64,000 bases of DNA from Octopus sinensis (lineage: Eukaryota): assembly GCF_006345805.1 (NCBI RefSeq), contig NC_043000.1, forward strand, positions 65,658,001 through 65,722,000, in the 5' to 3' direction. Below are positions 22,632 to 36,730 of the stretch, piece after piece; positions within the stretch are counted from its first letter, which is position 1, and each line of letters starts with the position of its first letter. A program made the translations under genes and the position numbers. Below the pieces are notes generated by a model that saw nothing but the letters and a program-made list of their open reading frames with translations, made no database searches and was not told where the DNA came from.

Positions 22632-25145
22632 TGTCGGGGACATAGTGCCAAGATCAAATATGAGATGTTGCTCCTTTCGTTTCCAAGAGAAGTAGGGTCC
22701 GTGGTGCAAGGTCATGCCACACACTGATAAATCTGCAATAGAATTATTCACAGGGTTAAACTGGGTGGCTGGGTGGCGACAGGTTGGCCTGGCATACGTA
22801 GCATTATGCCTCTGATGTGTTCGCGTAAGCGATCCCCAAGGCATCGCCCTGTTTCTCCAATGTAAAGAGCACCGCAGAGTTTGCATCTGATACAATATAT
22901 GAGATTTGACGAAGTGCAACAGAAGTGGTGTATTATGTGATATTGCTTCTTGGGCCCCGTGATGGTGGTAATATTGTTGATGTAGGGGCGAGAACATTTA
23001 AAGGTGCCTGATTGTGCGGAGCTGGGAGCTGGGAAGCTTCTAACAAGGAAATTTCTAAGACTCCTATCTTATTTAAAAGACAGGAGTGGCAGTGTGGGAA
23101 AGTCATAAAGAAGAATACGAAAGTTGTGGGTGAGTTTGTATTTTAGAGGGAGGATGGAAGGGAGGTTGGTGAGAGAGGGTGGAATACAGTTGGCGGAAGT
23201 GCGTGAATATCGGAGGAAAGCTGCAGTGAGGTTGATGGCTCGGGCTCGATGGAGTGTCGGGTCGACAACTGAAGGAGGATACCCTCGATTTAGAAAAAAC
23301 TGTTGCATTGTTTTGCAATGGGATTCGGAATCCGAATCTATGCTGCAAAGTCGTCGAAGGTGAAGAAATTGAGAGAAAGGTATGGCAGACTCAATGTGTT
23401 TGGGGTAAGAGGAAGAGTAGTGGAGGTAGGAGTAGGAGTCGACAGGTTTGTAGTAGACAGAGGTGGAGAGGTGGGTATTGTATATTTTGACGTAGTTATC
23501 CAGAAAGCAAACAGAAGTATCAGATATGGTGTAGGTGAATTCCAAGGCTGGGTGAAAGGTATTAACGAAAGAAATAAAATCATTGATCTGTTGTCTGTTA
23601 AGGGTTGTGGGACCAATGCAGTCGTTAATGTAACGAGCATAAAGCTCTGGAATGGGTCCAGAGAAGTGAGCAAAAATTTGCTCCTCTACATAACTTACAA
23701 AGAGATTGGCATAATTGGGGCCCATCCTGGTGCCTACAGCAACACCGCTGTAATGCTTATAGAATTCACCAGAAAAGGAAAAGCAGTTGAGTGTTAAGAC
23801 GAGCCCAGCTAGGCGGAGGAGTGTATTAGTGCTGGGTTCAGGTACAGAACGACGGTCTAAGAAATGTTTAAGTGCTAGTAGACTGTCATTGTGAGGGATG
23901 ACTGTGTACAAAGATTTAATGTCCACGGGGAAACGGAATTTGAATTCACCAGGTGGAAAAGAGAATGCGTTAAAGAGGTGTAGTACATGGTTAGTGTATT
24001 TGATATGTGAAGGTAGGGCAGCGACGAGAGGGGATAAAAGTTTGTCGAGGTAGGAAGATAAAAGTTCTGTGGGGCAATTGCAAGCAAAGACAACAGGGCG
24101 TCCGGGCTTATCTTGTTTATGTATTTTAGGGACGAAAGTTAGTGGAAGTTGGGGGGTGTTGTGACAATGAGGTTGACGGCAGTGCGTGGCAGTGAACCAG
24201 AAGAGATCAGCTGATATACAGTGGTCGAAACATTCCTCTGGTAATGGTTGGTGAGATCTCTTGGTATTTTCATGTAGTATCTGGGGTCGTTGAGTTGGCG
24301 GAGTGCTTCTTTTCTGTAAAGATCGACTCTCCAAACAACAACGGCGCCCCCTTTGTTGGCTGGCTTAATAACACTGTCCTTATGTTGGCGGGGATTCTTG
24401 AGGGCGTCCAGTTCTGATGGGGGGATGGTTCGAAATCCTTGGTTTTCTATCGAAAGTGAAGGTACCGAGGTCGAAATGGCATTTATTAATGAATATATCT
24501 ACCGAAGGGTGTAATCCTAGGTTTGGTGTCCAGGAACTGGGCTTCTTTTGTAGAAAAATGCCCTGAGTTGGATCTGACGGAGGAATGAAATTAAGACCTC
24601 TGCTAAGTAAAGCTCGTTCGGCACGAGTGAGAGGTAAATCGCTCGGAATGGTATAGACGGTGGAGGTGTTGAGCGAGGCAGGAGAAGTGGGACCGTGGGG
24701 GATGAGTGAGTGAATTTTGCGTGTCTTTTGTGCAACAAGGAAGTAGTACAGTTTGCTATTGAGGTGGCGTGTCTGAAGGAGTATGGCCTGAAGTTGTGTG
24801 GTCGAGCAAAGAGAGGTGAGTAGAGAACTGTAGGGGGTGATTTCTTGTGTGACATGGTCGCGCTGGGCGCAGAGGGTGCAGGTGGTGGCTCTCATAAATT
24901 GTTTAGAAGTAGAAGTGAGAATGTTGATGATGTTCAGAGGATATTGAGTAGAGTTGTGCTGTCTAAAGGAAGGATGGAAATTCAGGTTGAAGCCAGATGG
25001 TATGACGTTCAAATGGCGCAGACAGCGTCCAATAAAGTTCAAATGGCTGCAATAGCGAAAATGGAATTAGAATATCAAGTTCACCTTCTACTTTTTCTAT
25101 ATTTTTTCAAGTCTTGCCGACGCAGAAATACTAGATTATTGCCTG
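22632..25145 (-). mobile_element. Penelope-like element (Neptune-like), near full-length but broken
   Basis: PKIHK..GRPVV, DIKSLYT.IPH, GVAVGTRMGPNYANLF, RYIND, FLD, YKP in the 421 aa ORF; downstream GIY-YIG IYCIRCKLCGALYIGETGR; 5' end abuts (TA)n. Confidence 0.92.
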
Positions 25146-25149
25146 ATTA

Positions 25150-25211
<62 letters not shown>

Positions 25212-25704
25212 TATATATGGGGTCACATTCCACTTCCTATTTATACATATAAGTTATATTTAGTTTTGTTCTAAATAAAGTTTTTCGAATAGCTATTGAC
25301 GTGTAGACATCAGGCATGTTGAATTCAGGCAGCTATAACCAAAGAAGTATGTGATCTAACTGCCTCGAAATCAAGGTTTCTGCGTGCTTTTTCCAGTTAC
25401 TTTAGCTTTAAAATATTTTCGAAAATCAAGAAATACATGCATACAAACAATACGTTCATGGAGACATGCCATAATGCATGTATGCATGTGTGTTTGTGTG
25501 GGTATATACAGGGTCTGTATATGTATGCATGTATGTATGTATGTATGTATGTATGTATGTATGTATGTATGTATGTGTGTATGTATGTTTGTTTGTATGT
25601 ATGTATGCATGTATGCATCTATGTATGAATGTATGTATGTGTGTATGAGTGTATTTATGTAGGTGGGTGTGTGTATATGTGTATGTATACAAATAGCTAG
25701 CTAG

Positions 25705-25757
<53 letters not shown>

Positions 25758-27444
25758 ATATATATTATATATATATATATATAGATATATATATATATAG
25801 ATATATATATATATAGATATATATATATATAGATATAGATAGATAGATTGCTCTATCTTCACAAATTATTACCGCCTCTCTGTGTGTCTCCGTTGTCAAA
25901 AACATTTTTGACTTTCCGTCCATGACCTTTCAGATGAATATTCAGTCCGGTTGTATTCATACATACATACATACATACATACATACATACATACATACAT
26001 ACATACATACATACATACATACATTTGTGATGATGGCTGTCCACTCGTGACCAAAGAAGGCCACCACTGACGGTTCTCCATGCCAAATGCCAGCAATACC
26101 TGTGCATGAGGTTACTGCACCCGCAGTAGGCTTTGCCCGACTTCATGCCCGCAGCTTCTAATGCTCGCCATGGCGCCCTCCAACTCGACCGGCCATCGGA
26201 AAATCGCCTCGCTGGCAACTGCACAACATAAAATATTAAGTCCAACAACGTTTGCACAACACCTAACAGACCCAACCCGCTATTGACATGATCAAGATAG
26301 AAGTCGGGGCAAATATAATATGGGTTGCTGGCTCCGGAATGTGGGAATGCTATGATTTCAAATGCAGGCAAAAAATTCAGTGACATTTCCTGGACATCTG
26401 GTTTTATATTCGAGAGACCTTCTCCTAGAGACACACTTTAACAAGAATCGAAAGGTGCCTCACTCCCAACCCGGAATCTCTGAGGATCCGTGATATTGCT
26501 AGACAGTTGTTGAACCTATACTAGGTTCATCTGTTCTTTTGACAGGTTTTGCTTTTAGTCCTGCTGGCTTTTATGACAACCCTCCTCACTAGCCAAGCCC
26601 AGTGGGGGTGTCGGTTGAGTCTCCAACGACCCGACCATGTAACAAGTTGTACTGGCTTCCATGTTACCAGTAACACTCATGAAAGACCTCAAAAGTGACC
26701 CCATACATACACATATACCTACTTATATAAATGCATGTATACACACACACATGAACGAGCTGATAAAGCTAAACTCGAAGTCTCAGTGTCTAACAAATTT
26801 TACTCTACTAAATCAGTTGAGTCCCACTATCATTAAATGCTTTGCTTTCTCCAACTTGATCTACAATATCAGATAGATAAATAAGCAGACAGACAGATTG
26901 TTTAGTAGGTAGATAATTACGAAAATAACTTTAAGGTTAGATACAATACGCTGAGAAAGTATGCAAATAACCCGGAATACTTATTTCTAGCAATTTGAGA
27001 AGCATTTCAATTCGGTGCATTCATAATGTGTAGATATTTGAATTTAACACGCGTGATGTATATATGACAATGACTGTTCGAAAACTTAATGTAGATCAAG
27101 ATTACATATAACCTTTATATGTCCTGTCTTCAAAGCGTCTCTCTGCACAGAAGTGTTTGCACCTAACTATTTTCTAGCGTATCAAAACAAGACGAAACAC
27201 GATCTATCTGAAAAGCACTGACTAGTGAAATCAAATAAATGAAATAAGTATTCACATATATATGTTGCCAGCACGAGAACTTTAATTAATCGAGATTATA
27301 TCTGTATTTAGAACAGATAAACATTGCTGAATAATGCTTTACCCAACCGAACAAAACCATGAGTGAGAACTCAGAATACAAAATTTTAAAAAATTGTTAA
27401 AAGCTGTGTTAGAGTTTCAATTAACTGAAATTTGACATAAATAA

Positions 27445-27594
27445 TCCTTTCTACTAAAGGCACAAGGTCTGAAATTTTGGGGGAGAGGACTAGTACTTAA
27501 TTTATCGACCCCCCCCCCCAGTGTTTCACTTGTACTTAATTTATCGACCCGAAAGGATGAATGGCAAAGTCGACCTCGGCGGAATTTGAACTCA
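27445..27594 (-). mobile_element. SINE family C, truncated at a (TAA)n tract
   Basis: Family C body; head missing beyond GAACTCA. Confidence 0.75.
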
Positions 27595-27595
27595 C

Positions 27596-27645
<50 letters not shown>

Positions 27646-30600
27646 CCCCGACACCAAACACCATGTACAAAGGAACTACGAAGAAATTAAATACCACCGA
27701 TATTATTCAACCCAAGAATAACAATCGGGAGGTACGTACTTTAAACTTACAACACAAAACGTACGAAAAACTACACGTGCAAAACAATGTGACAACAGAA
27801 ATGAACGGACCGGTACCCTACGAAAATGACGACCGTCAAAATAATGGGCCGGACGTTGTTCCTCATGTCCCGCAAATAAAACCCAAAAGACATAAATGGA
27901 CACGTGAGGAATACATTTCTATCCTACACGCATACTTCACAGCAATGCTCTACCCAAAAAATGAAAACACAACAACACATACATATAAAATATGGAAAGA
28001 AAATAACATAAATATAGACTTGGATACAGCAATGAACCCTAACGTACGAAGATACATTCTCAACGCAAAAAAATATCAGAAATAGAAATAGAACACCTTA
28101 AAGAAAAAATACACCAGGAAAATGTAGATAGAAGCCACACAACAATGCCCAATAATATAAAAACTGAAACAGTAAAACACGAAGACAAACGTAACATTCC
28201 CAACAAACACGATGTAAATAAAAAACAACAAACCCAGACCGTAAGGATGCATAATAATACACGACAAACAGCAAGTCAAAACACGGCAAACAAACATATA
28301 AATAAGAAAGAAAGCGACACAAATCTAAAACCTGGAAACAACGAAGGGGAGCCTAATGATTATGATAATATAAAAAGTAAAATAGTCAAAGAACTGAAAA
28401 ACCCCAGAGCTCAAAATGGACCACCGACCATACCTCCCAAAAATCAAAATAGACGAAACAACAACACCAATTATAAACAACATAAACCTAGCCGTCACGG
28501 AACTAATAGCCACTGAAACAAAAAGCGATATCACTGAGCTAAATGACTTAGTATACGCAGCAGCCACTGCAGCTACAAAAGAAGCTGGATACTCACTCAA
28601 ACCCATCCAAACAGGAGTACCACCACCCAAACAAACCTTGTGGATAAATAACATCCAAAACAAAATACAAAAAATGAGAAAAGATCTGTCGATTCTTAAT
28701 GAAATCAGAAGACAATCAACGCTACTGAGCAACAAAAAGAAAACAAAAATACTCCGCAAATATAACATCACAGAAAAAGATTTACCTGAGATAAAAGAAA
28801 AGCTGAAGCAAGATATCCTTGCCAAAGCACAAAGGATCCGCCGGTACGAGAAACGCCAGCGCTTCTTTGAACAAAACAAAAAGTTCAACTCCAACTCCAA
28901 AAAGTTCTACCAAGAACTTGGCAAAAATAAAATAGAAATCACTGCAGCACCAACGGCAGAAGAAGTGGAAGAATTCTGGAGAGAAATATGGTCGGCGAAC
29001 GAACAACAACAAAAAAAGGAGTATTAAAACAACAAACTCAGCATCTGAACAACTTTGGACCCCCATAACAACTGAAGAGGTCACCCAGGCACTGCAAAGA
29101 CTAAGCAACTGAAAGGCACCTGAGCATGACAAGATCCCCAACTTCTGGTTGAAATATCTAACAGGAATGCACAAAAAGCTGGCTGAAAACTTTAATAACA
29201 TACTGGCAGAGCCAGAGACAATGCCTGAATGGCTCACGAAGAGGAAAACCATCTTAATTCCCAAATCAAATGAGACAGCAAAACCAGAAAACTACAGACC
29301 AATAACCTGTCTCCCTACAATGTACAAGGCACTTACTTCAGTGATATCGCAAAGGTTGAACAAGCACCTGGACGAAAACAACCTGTTTCCAGAAGAGCAG
29401 AAAGGATGCCGCAAAGGCTCATATGGCTGTAAAGATCAACTAATGATTAATAAAGCCATAACTGAAGACAGCCACAGAAAGAAGAAAGGTCTCAGTATGG
29501 CCTGGATCGACTACAAAAAGGCGTTTGATAGCATCCCCCACACATGGATCCTCGAAACACTAGCCATTAACAAAGTAGCACCAACAATTATAAAATTCAT
29601 AGGGCACTCTATGAATAAATGGCAAACAGTGCTACAGCTCCAAGCAAAAGAGGGACTCATGAAAACCAAAGCCATCCCCATTAGAAGAGGAATATTCCAG
29701 GGAGACACGCTCTCTCCACTCCTTTTCTGCTTGGCACTGTCACCTCTATCTGATATGCTAAATAGAACTGGATACGGATATAAATGTTACGGCAAAACGA
29801 TCAGCTACCTTTTATATATGGATGACCTACAACTATACGCTGCAAATGACAAACAGCTGGAAACACTATTAAAGACAGTTCATGGATTTACCAAAGAAAT
29901 AGATATGAAATTTGGATTAGAAAAATGGGCCAAAGTAACCATGAAAAGAGGAAAACTAGTTAAGAGTAGCAACATCACACTAGATAAAACCAATGAAATA
30001 AAAGAATTAGACCAAAGCCAAACTTACAAATACTTAGGAATCCATGAACTAGATAAGACACAACACACACAAATGAAAGAGAAAATAAAAAAAGAATATT
30101 ATAGACGAGTTAGATCAATACTAAAAACAGAGCTCAATGCTAAAAACAAGATAATAGGTATTAACACTTTAGCTGTCCCAGTTATAAGTTACAGCTACGA
30201 TATCCTTAACTGGACACTAAATGAACTGACCAAAATAGATAGGAAAACAAGAGAAATATGACAGGATCTAGGATGCATCACCCAAAATCTGACATAGAAA
30301 GACTATATATACAACGTATAGAAGGTGTAGAGGCCTTATACAGCTGGAAAACTACTATAAAATAACCACCATAGGACTGCAAAAAATATCTACTTCAGAA
30401 GGAAGGAAAACTGATACAAATAGCGGCAAAACACGAGCAAAACAAAAACTGTTCTCAGTATTTAAGGAAGCTGACAAATACAAACAAGAAATCATACCAC
30501 CTAATAAATAAGAAGAAGAAGAAGAAGAAGAGAAGAAGAAGAAGAAGAAGAGAAGAAGAAGAAGAAGAAGAAAAGAAGAAGAAGAAGAAGAAGAAGAAGA

Positions 30601-31561
30601 AGAAGAAGAAGAAGAAGAAAAGAAGAAGAAAAACAACAAAAGCTATAAAACAAATGAAATCCAAACTAAAAATAGAACAGCAACGAACCATGCTAAAACG
30701 ATGGCAAGAAAAGCCCCTTCATGGTAAATACTGGACTAAACAAATCGCAAAAGAAATAGACAAAGAAAAATCCCAGCAATGGTTGAGAAGCTCAGGACTC
30801 AAAGCAGAGACAGAGGGGTTTTTAATTGCAGCACAAGACCAAAGCCTTCCCACCAGAAATTACCAAAAACATGTAATGAAAAGAAATATAACAAGTAACT
30901 GCAGAATATGTGGAGATGGACAAGAAACAATAAATCATATTATCTCTGGCTGCCCAGTCCTGGCTAAGAAGGAATATATTCACAGACATGACAGAGTTGG
31001 AACCTACATACACTGGAAGTTATGCCAATATTATGGAATAACAACAGAAAAAAGATGGTATAGGCACACACCAGAAAAGGTCACAGAAAACGAGAAAGCA
31101 ACCATACTCTGGGATATGCCGATACACACAGATAGAGAAATTAAGGCCAACAGACCAGATATAGTTGTCAGAGATCATGAAGAAAAAAATGCTTTCTAAT
31201 TGGTGTATCAATACCGGCAGATGACAACGTATCTCTAAAAGAAATGGAGAAACTTTCAAAATACAAAGACCTGGAAATAGAGGTAACCAGAATGTGGAAT
31301 CTAAAAACAGAAACAATTCCTATCATAGTAGGTGCATTAGGCATGATAAAAAAATATTCAGACAAATACAAACAAAAAACACCAGGACTTACAACACATA
31401 TAACATACAGAAAATTGCACTACTAGGCACTGCACACATCCTACGCAGAACACTTTCCATACAATAACCATCAGAGCATCACAACAAATTACAGCACATA
31501 CCTAAGGCACAGAGAGCTGCGCTCGGTAGTGAAGTGAAAGCACGCTATAAAAATAAAACTA

Positions 31562-31564
<3 letters not shown>
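27646..31564 (+). mobile_element. R4/Dong-type non-LTR retrotransposon (RT + CCHC + restriction-like endonuclease), near full-length, frameshifted
   Basis: KWTREE N-terminal motif; YRPITCL, WIDYKKAFDS, QGDTLSPLLF, YMDD; CRICG..H...GC; RHD; RPDIVVRD; flanked both sides by (TAA)n. Confidence 0.93.
30510..30632 (+). repeat. (GAA)n tract inside the LINE coding region
   Basis: About 40 GAA-like units between RT thumb and Zn-knuckle coding segments. Confidence 0.95.
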
Positions 31565-31610
<46 letters not shown>

Positions 31611-31620
31611 TTAATAATAA

Positions 31621-32727
31621 CGAAAGAAGCTTCATTCTATCATCAAGGAAAGCAAAAAATTTGCTATTGATCTCGTGCAGGATACCCAAACTGAACAACC
31701 CGAGGGAAGTACGGCAACTATTGTTGCAAAGAAGGTGAAAATGATGGCAATGAAAAAAGCGCACGAGCAATTGGCTGATAGGTGGGAGGAGAAACCTCTG
31801 CACGGCAAATATGTGACCCTCAGCAAACAAGCTGATGTTGACCAGAAGCAAACCCATCAGTGGCTGCGGAGCTCAGGGCTAAAAGCAGAGAGCGAAGGTT
31901 TCATCCTGGCTGCTCAAGACCAAAGCCTATCAACCCGGAACTACCAGGCCAATGTGATGAAAAATGAGCAGACCCAAAATGCCGATTCTGCAACGACATG
32001 ATTGAAACAGTGGACCACCTAATCTCTGGATGTAAAGTCTTAGCACCAGTGGAGTATAAATTAAGACATGACAGAGTTGGCCAATATCTCCACTGGCTAA
32101 TAAGTCGGCATTACAATATCAAAACTGCCGACAAGTGGTATAATCACCACCCTGAGGCTGTAACTGAAGGAGAAAATGTAACCATTCTGTGGGACTTTCC
32201 AGTACATACAGACCGAACCATCAAGGCCAATAAACCAGATATTGTTGTGAAAGACCAAAACAATAAAGTTTGCTTATTGATCGACATGAGCATCCCCTGT
32301 GATCATAATATCTCAGCGAAAGAGTTTGACAAGCTCAGAAAATATAAAGACCTACTCATTGAATTGAGAAAATGTGGCATCTCAAGGCGGTTACAATACC
32401 AGTGATCGTAGGAGCACTAGGAATGATCAAGAAGGGAACCGAAATTATATGAGAATGATCCCTGGCTTACCATCCCTGCAAGAAGTGCAAAAGATTGTCT
32501 TAACTGGTACATCACACGTATTGAGAAGAGCATTGTCGATGTGAGAGCTGTTGCTGCTCATGCATTTTAATTTAACTTTAAAAAAAATAAAAATAAAAAA
32601 ATAAAAAAATTAACGAACTACTGAGTTTGGTTTAATGGCCTACCAATACACACTATGAGTTTCTTTGCCCTAGGAGTCGGGAAGACACTCGGCAAGAAAT
32701 GGAAGAAAATTTGAAAGAAGAAAAAAA
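31621..32727 (+). mobile_element. Second, 5'-truncated R4/Dong-type LINE of a different subfamily
   Basis: KPLHGKY, GLKAESEGFILAAQDQ, HLISGC..RHD, KPDIVVKD; (TAA)n on both sides; distinct 3' UTR. Confidence 0.9.
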
Positions 32728-32804
32728 TAATAATAACAATAATAATAATAATAACATCGAAAAATACCTTAGGAATGAGAACCCAGGTTCGAAATTTCTC
32801 CAAG

Positions 32805-32840
32805 ACACCTGATGAAGGCTGGAGAGTATATCAGCCGAAA
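32805..32840 (+). ncRNA. Half hammerhead (core + stem II, no stem III or cleavage site)
   Basis: ACAC-CTGATGA-A-GGCTG gagagtatat CAGCC-GAAA followed by non-matching sequence. Confidence 0.5.
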
Positions 32841-33093
32841 GATGAGGACAAAAATCCGTCAACTGTAAATAATGTAAATAATGTACATAATTCCTCATCT
32901 CTTAAAGTTTGTAGAGTGTATTTCCCCACTGTTGTCCTTCAATAATTTCATATTTTCATATTCTCTAAAAGAGACGGTGTGAATTTTGATATATTTAGTA
33001 ATAGAAATAGAAGGGACGATTTTCGGCTGTATGTGTGTATATCATTATTTTATCACTATCGTTATTAGATATATGTGTTATTAAATGTGCGTA

Positions 33094-33310
33094 AGGCGGC
33101 GAGCTGGCAGAATCGATAGCATGCCGGGCAAAATGCTTAGTGACATTTTATCCGTCATTACGTTCTGAGTTCAAATTTCACCGAGGTCGACTTTGCCTTT
33201 TATCCTTTCGGGGTTGATAAATTAAATACCAGTGAAACACTGGGGTCGATGTAATTGACTAGTCCCTTCTCGCAAAATTTTCAGGCCTGTGCATTTGGTA
33301 GAAAGGATTA
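33094..33310 (+). mobile_element. SINE family C
   Basis: GGCGGCGAGCTGGCAGAATCG..GAGTTCAAATT. Confidence 0.85.
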
Positions 33311-33713
33311 TTAAATATGTGTGCTGTTAAAGACATGGAACGTTTTCCAAATCTTTATTTCAAATATGAACATTTCTAAACGTCTCTGGAAATATTTTGA
33401 TACTTAAGTCCATCTATGTATATATGTTACAAACTGTAAGAAACAGTTTTGCACCTAAGCGGCAAGAATTTAGCATAGGGTCACATCTTTTCTATGAGAT
33501 ACAAGGCTATGTGTTTATTAAGAAAAATATTATTAATGTTTTTGTATTTTTAAACACTTATTGGTCAAAACTTCACTTTTTGTTTAGTATTCACTTCCAT
33601 TTTGTATGTGCGTGTATGTATTAAGACAATGATTTCTTTTATCGCCAAGTAAAATATTATTAGCCACTCATATTTTTTTATAGTATTCATTGCATTCAAC
33701 ATGTCATGTACAT

Positions 33714-35374
33714 TAGAGTAGAGCGAAAAAGGTACTTTTTACACAAATTTTCGAAATATGTTTTTAAGAATATATTTTTCATTGCAGAATCCTTTAGAAA
33801 CAACCGCGTCAAAATCTGACATGCTTAGGTTTAATTCTCCAGGCTCCCGCAGCCCACTTAAAATTTTGAATAATGAGCAAAAAATCAATTTATAACACGT
33901 TTGCCGTTCCTCATTTAATTTTTACTTTCAGTGTTACGAATTGATTTTCTTTTGTGAAATTTTTAAAAAAACAAGAGTATTAAAATTTTAAGCTTTAAAA
34001 TTTATATCTTCAAGCTCCGCAACGAACTTGAAATTTCGAAATTATCTGAAATAAATAGACTTTTTAACTTTGTTTTCTTCATTATTTTTAATACTAGGTC
34101 ACCAAATATATGTGTGACATGAGGTCTAGATTACACACACATTAAAATAAAATTACGTATAAACCAATTTTTGATTCTTGACACATTTTGGTGATAAAAA
34201 TAATTAACATTTCCAATTTATTCGAAATAATTCATTCCTTTTCGTTCCAGTTATAAAGCCAATCAATTCTTTTCGTAGACGAGAATTAGCATCTCACTCT
34301 CAAATAAAGAATGGAACAGTCAAAGTTTTGTTGTTTTGGAAATTCCTAAAACGACATAATGCTAATTGTTTGTTATGTTCAAAATAGCAAAAACTCTCTA
34401 ATCAACCTCTGAACGTTCTGTTTAGAAACTGCCAATGATAATTTTCGATTTGTCTATTAATCCAGTAAAAAATCTTGCTCTCTCTGAGGTACTTTTTTGC
34501 CTCTACTACAACCGCAGTTTTTAAAGGAGTTGCACTTGTCACAGGAAATGTTAAATAAATCTTTGGTTGTATTGTTTTTAAATACATTACAATTTGTTTG
34601 AATCAATGGCACATTTTTTTCTATTTTTCTCAGATTTTAATAATGCTTGGTACTTTAGACAAAAGTTTAGGATTTTCGGTTTAACTGACTCAATCGTAAC
34701 ACAAGCGATGGGTGCCTTTTGCCAAAGAAGAATTAATTTTTTCTGCTACAATCTTGACAATTTGTTTAATTGAAGGATCTTACATTCTTTTCTTTTTCTC
34801 GTTCAAATAAAACGCATTTTAGTACGTCGTTGTAAGTTGGCAAAACTCACTTGCTAAGAGCACATGGAATACCAAATATTGGGCATTCAGTATCATGACG
34901 CGTTATTGTAAACAACATTAAATTTAACATGATCATTAATGTTAATACAATGGCGTAAAGTCAAGGTACAAAGCAGGGAATTTCACACGCGTATGACGTA
35001 CGTCCACACGCAACGATCGTTGCAGCGGCATTGGAGAGAAGGTCACACTCCTGTTCTCTTTATAGTCAATACGGAACCTCAAGATATTAGTTAATTGCAT
35101 TGACACTTGGTATGCAACCTCTTAAAGATACTATATATACTGTACTGTTTTGCATTCTGCTATGTAGAAATATATATTTGTTATGACTAATAATCCGTGA
35201 AATCCAAAATTCGACCAAAAATAGTGATGTTTAAAATTTTCAATTGCGTTACGGAGTCTACAAAACATATTTAACCGCAAAGTTATTTATATACCTGTCT
35301 TTTAATCCTAATTCGCGACAAAATATCGATTCTTGGTTACCAATTTCGAAAGTTGCATTTTTCGCTCCAACCTA
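33714..35374 (-). mobile_element. Internally deleted hAT-superfamily (hATm-like) transposon
   Basis: TIRs TAGAGTAGAGCGAAAAA / TTTTTCGCTCCAACCTA; 8 bp TSD ATGTACAT/ATGCACAT; minus-strand remnant CPIFG..LPTYNDVL..LWQKAPI..LFNISCDKC..CGC..KVP..FLLD at ~34400-34900. Confidence 0.75.
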
Positions 35375-36692
35375 ATGCACATGTAATGTACTTAAAAGGT
35401 ACACACAATTGTTATTTAATTTTTAAAATTTTAATTACATGTAACTTCAAAAAATTTAATGTTGAAAGGTAAAAATCCTATTGAATATCATATTTAATTA
35501 TGAACTAAGTAAATTAGAAGTGAGCTTGTCCATGTTACTTTCATGTACTTATGTAAATATCAAAATGTATTTCTCAAAGTATATTTTGATTAACGGCAAT
35601 TAATTCTGTGCGAGTCCTTTTAAAAACAATTTGTTTCATTCCTTTAAAACATGTTATAACCAATTGGTTATAAACAACTAATTTTGGCTGGAATGTTTGC
35701 ATAATAGTTAGAGCGTTGTTGAAATGCCTTACAGCATTTCTTCATGCTCGCTGAATTCAAATCTCACCGAGACCAATATCTACCACTTAATCTATCTCAT
35801 AAAACACTAACAGATTAAGCATCTAGAACAGCTAAATATTTGATGCATTTATTTTAATGGCATTCCCAATATGCTACATTGAAGATTTCTCAATGGTCAG
35901 TTAGCGCGTAAATATATAGATATATTATTTTCTTTTACTCTACTCAAGGTCATGTAATGCAGTGGAAGACTTTTACTAGATCAGTTCGATCTAAATAGTA
36001 TCACTGGCACAAAATTAATTTAGTGGAACACACAATAACTACCATTTAAATTTAAAGTAAGATAAACCTACAGTTACAGACTTCAGGAAGAAATTCAACA
36101 TAATGGATACTGCAACAAACGTAGCTGAGACATAGAATGAATTGAAAACCTCAATTTTGAATGATGCTTAGAAAAATATATTGCCTGACTGCCTTCGTGA
36201 CTTTACAAGTTTTCTACAAGCTGTTAAGAACAAGAGCAAGCTGAGAATATAGATGACAGTGCGGAAAATTTATCAACTCCACTTAAACTAAGCTAACAGA
36301 ACATTGCTAAGGGTTGGCACTTATAGAGGAAGTTCTGCAAGTTATTGCTGATAGGAGACCTAATCGTGTATATAACATGAAATTATTGAAAAAGGAATTT
36401 ACAATGAAATGTTCCTACACTGAAGAGCTGACACACTGTAAACAATACTCAAGTAGATGTTCATGATGATGGACTATAAGATAAGAGGCAGTGTCCTTCT
36501 TGCTCCCAGTAACCACTCATTCCACTCCCCTCCCTCAAACAGTTGTCAACCTCTTTTGTGGTAAGAACGTACTCTGTTATGATATGATTCTTCTATATTC
36601 TTAACGTATTTCTCATCGAATGCTTTTATATATATATATGAAAAAACAAGTCAAAAATAGAAAATGCTAAGATAATTTTATAGTGAATCTTT

Positions 36693-36730
36693 CAGTACCG
36701 GTTTCGGTCATTTGGAGACCTTTTCAACTG
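36693..36730 (-). ncRNA. Minimal hammerhead with U3-A8 core, left arm of cassette 5
   Basis: Minus strand CAG-TTGAAAA-GGTC tccaaat GACC-GAAA-CCGG-TA/CTG; palindromic ACCGGU. Confidence 0.75.

Noticed and set aside
25315-25385. AGGCAG/CTGCCT stem followed by GAAA
   Set aside because: Core reads TTGAATT and stem I is poor; at most a heavily decayed HHR.
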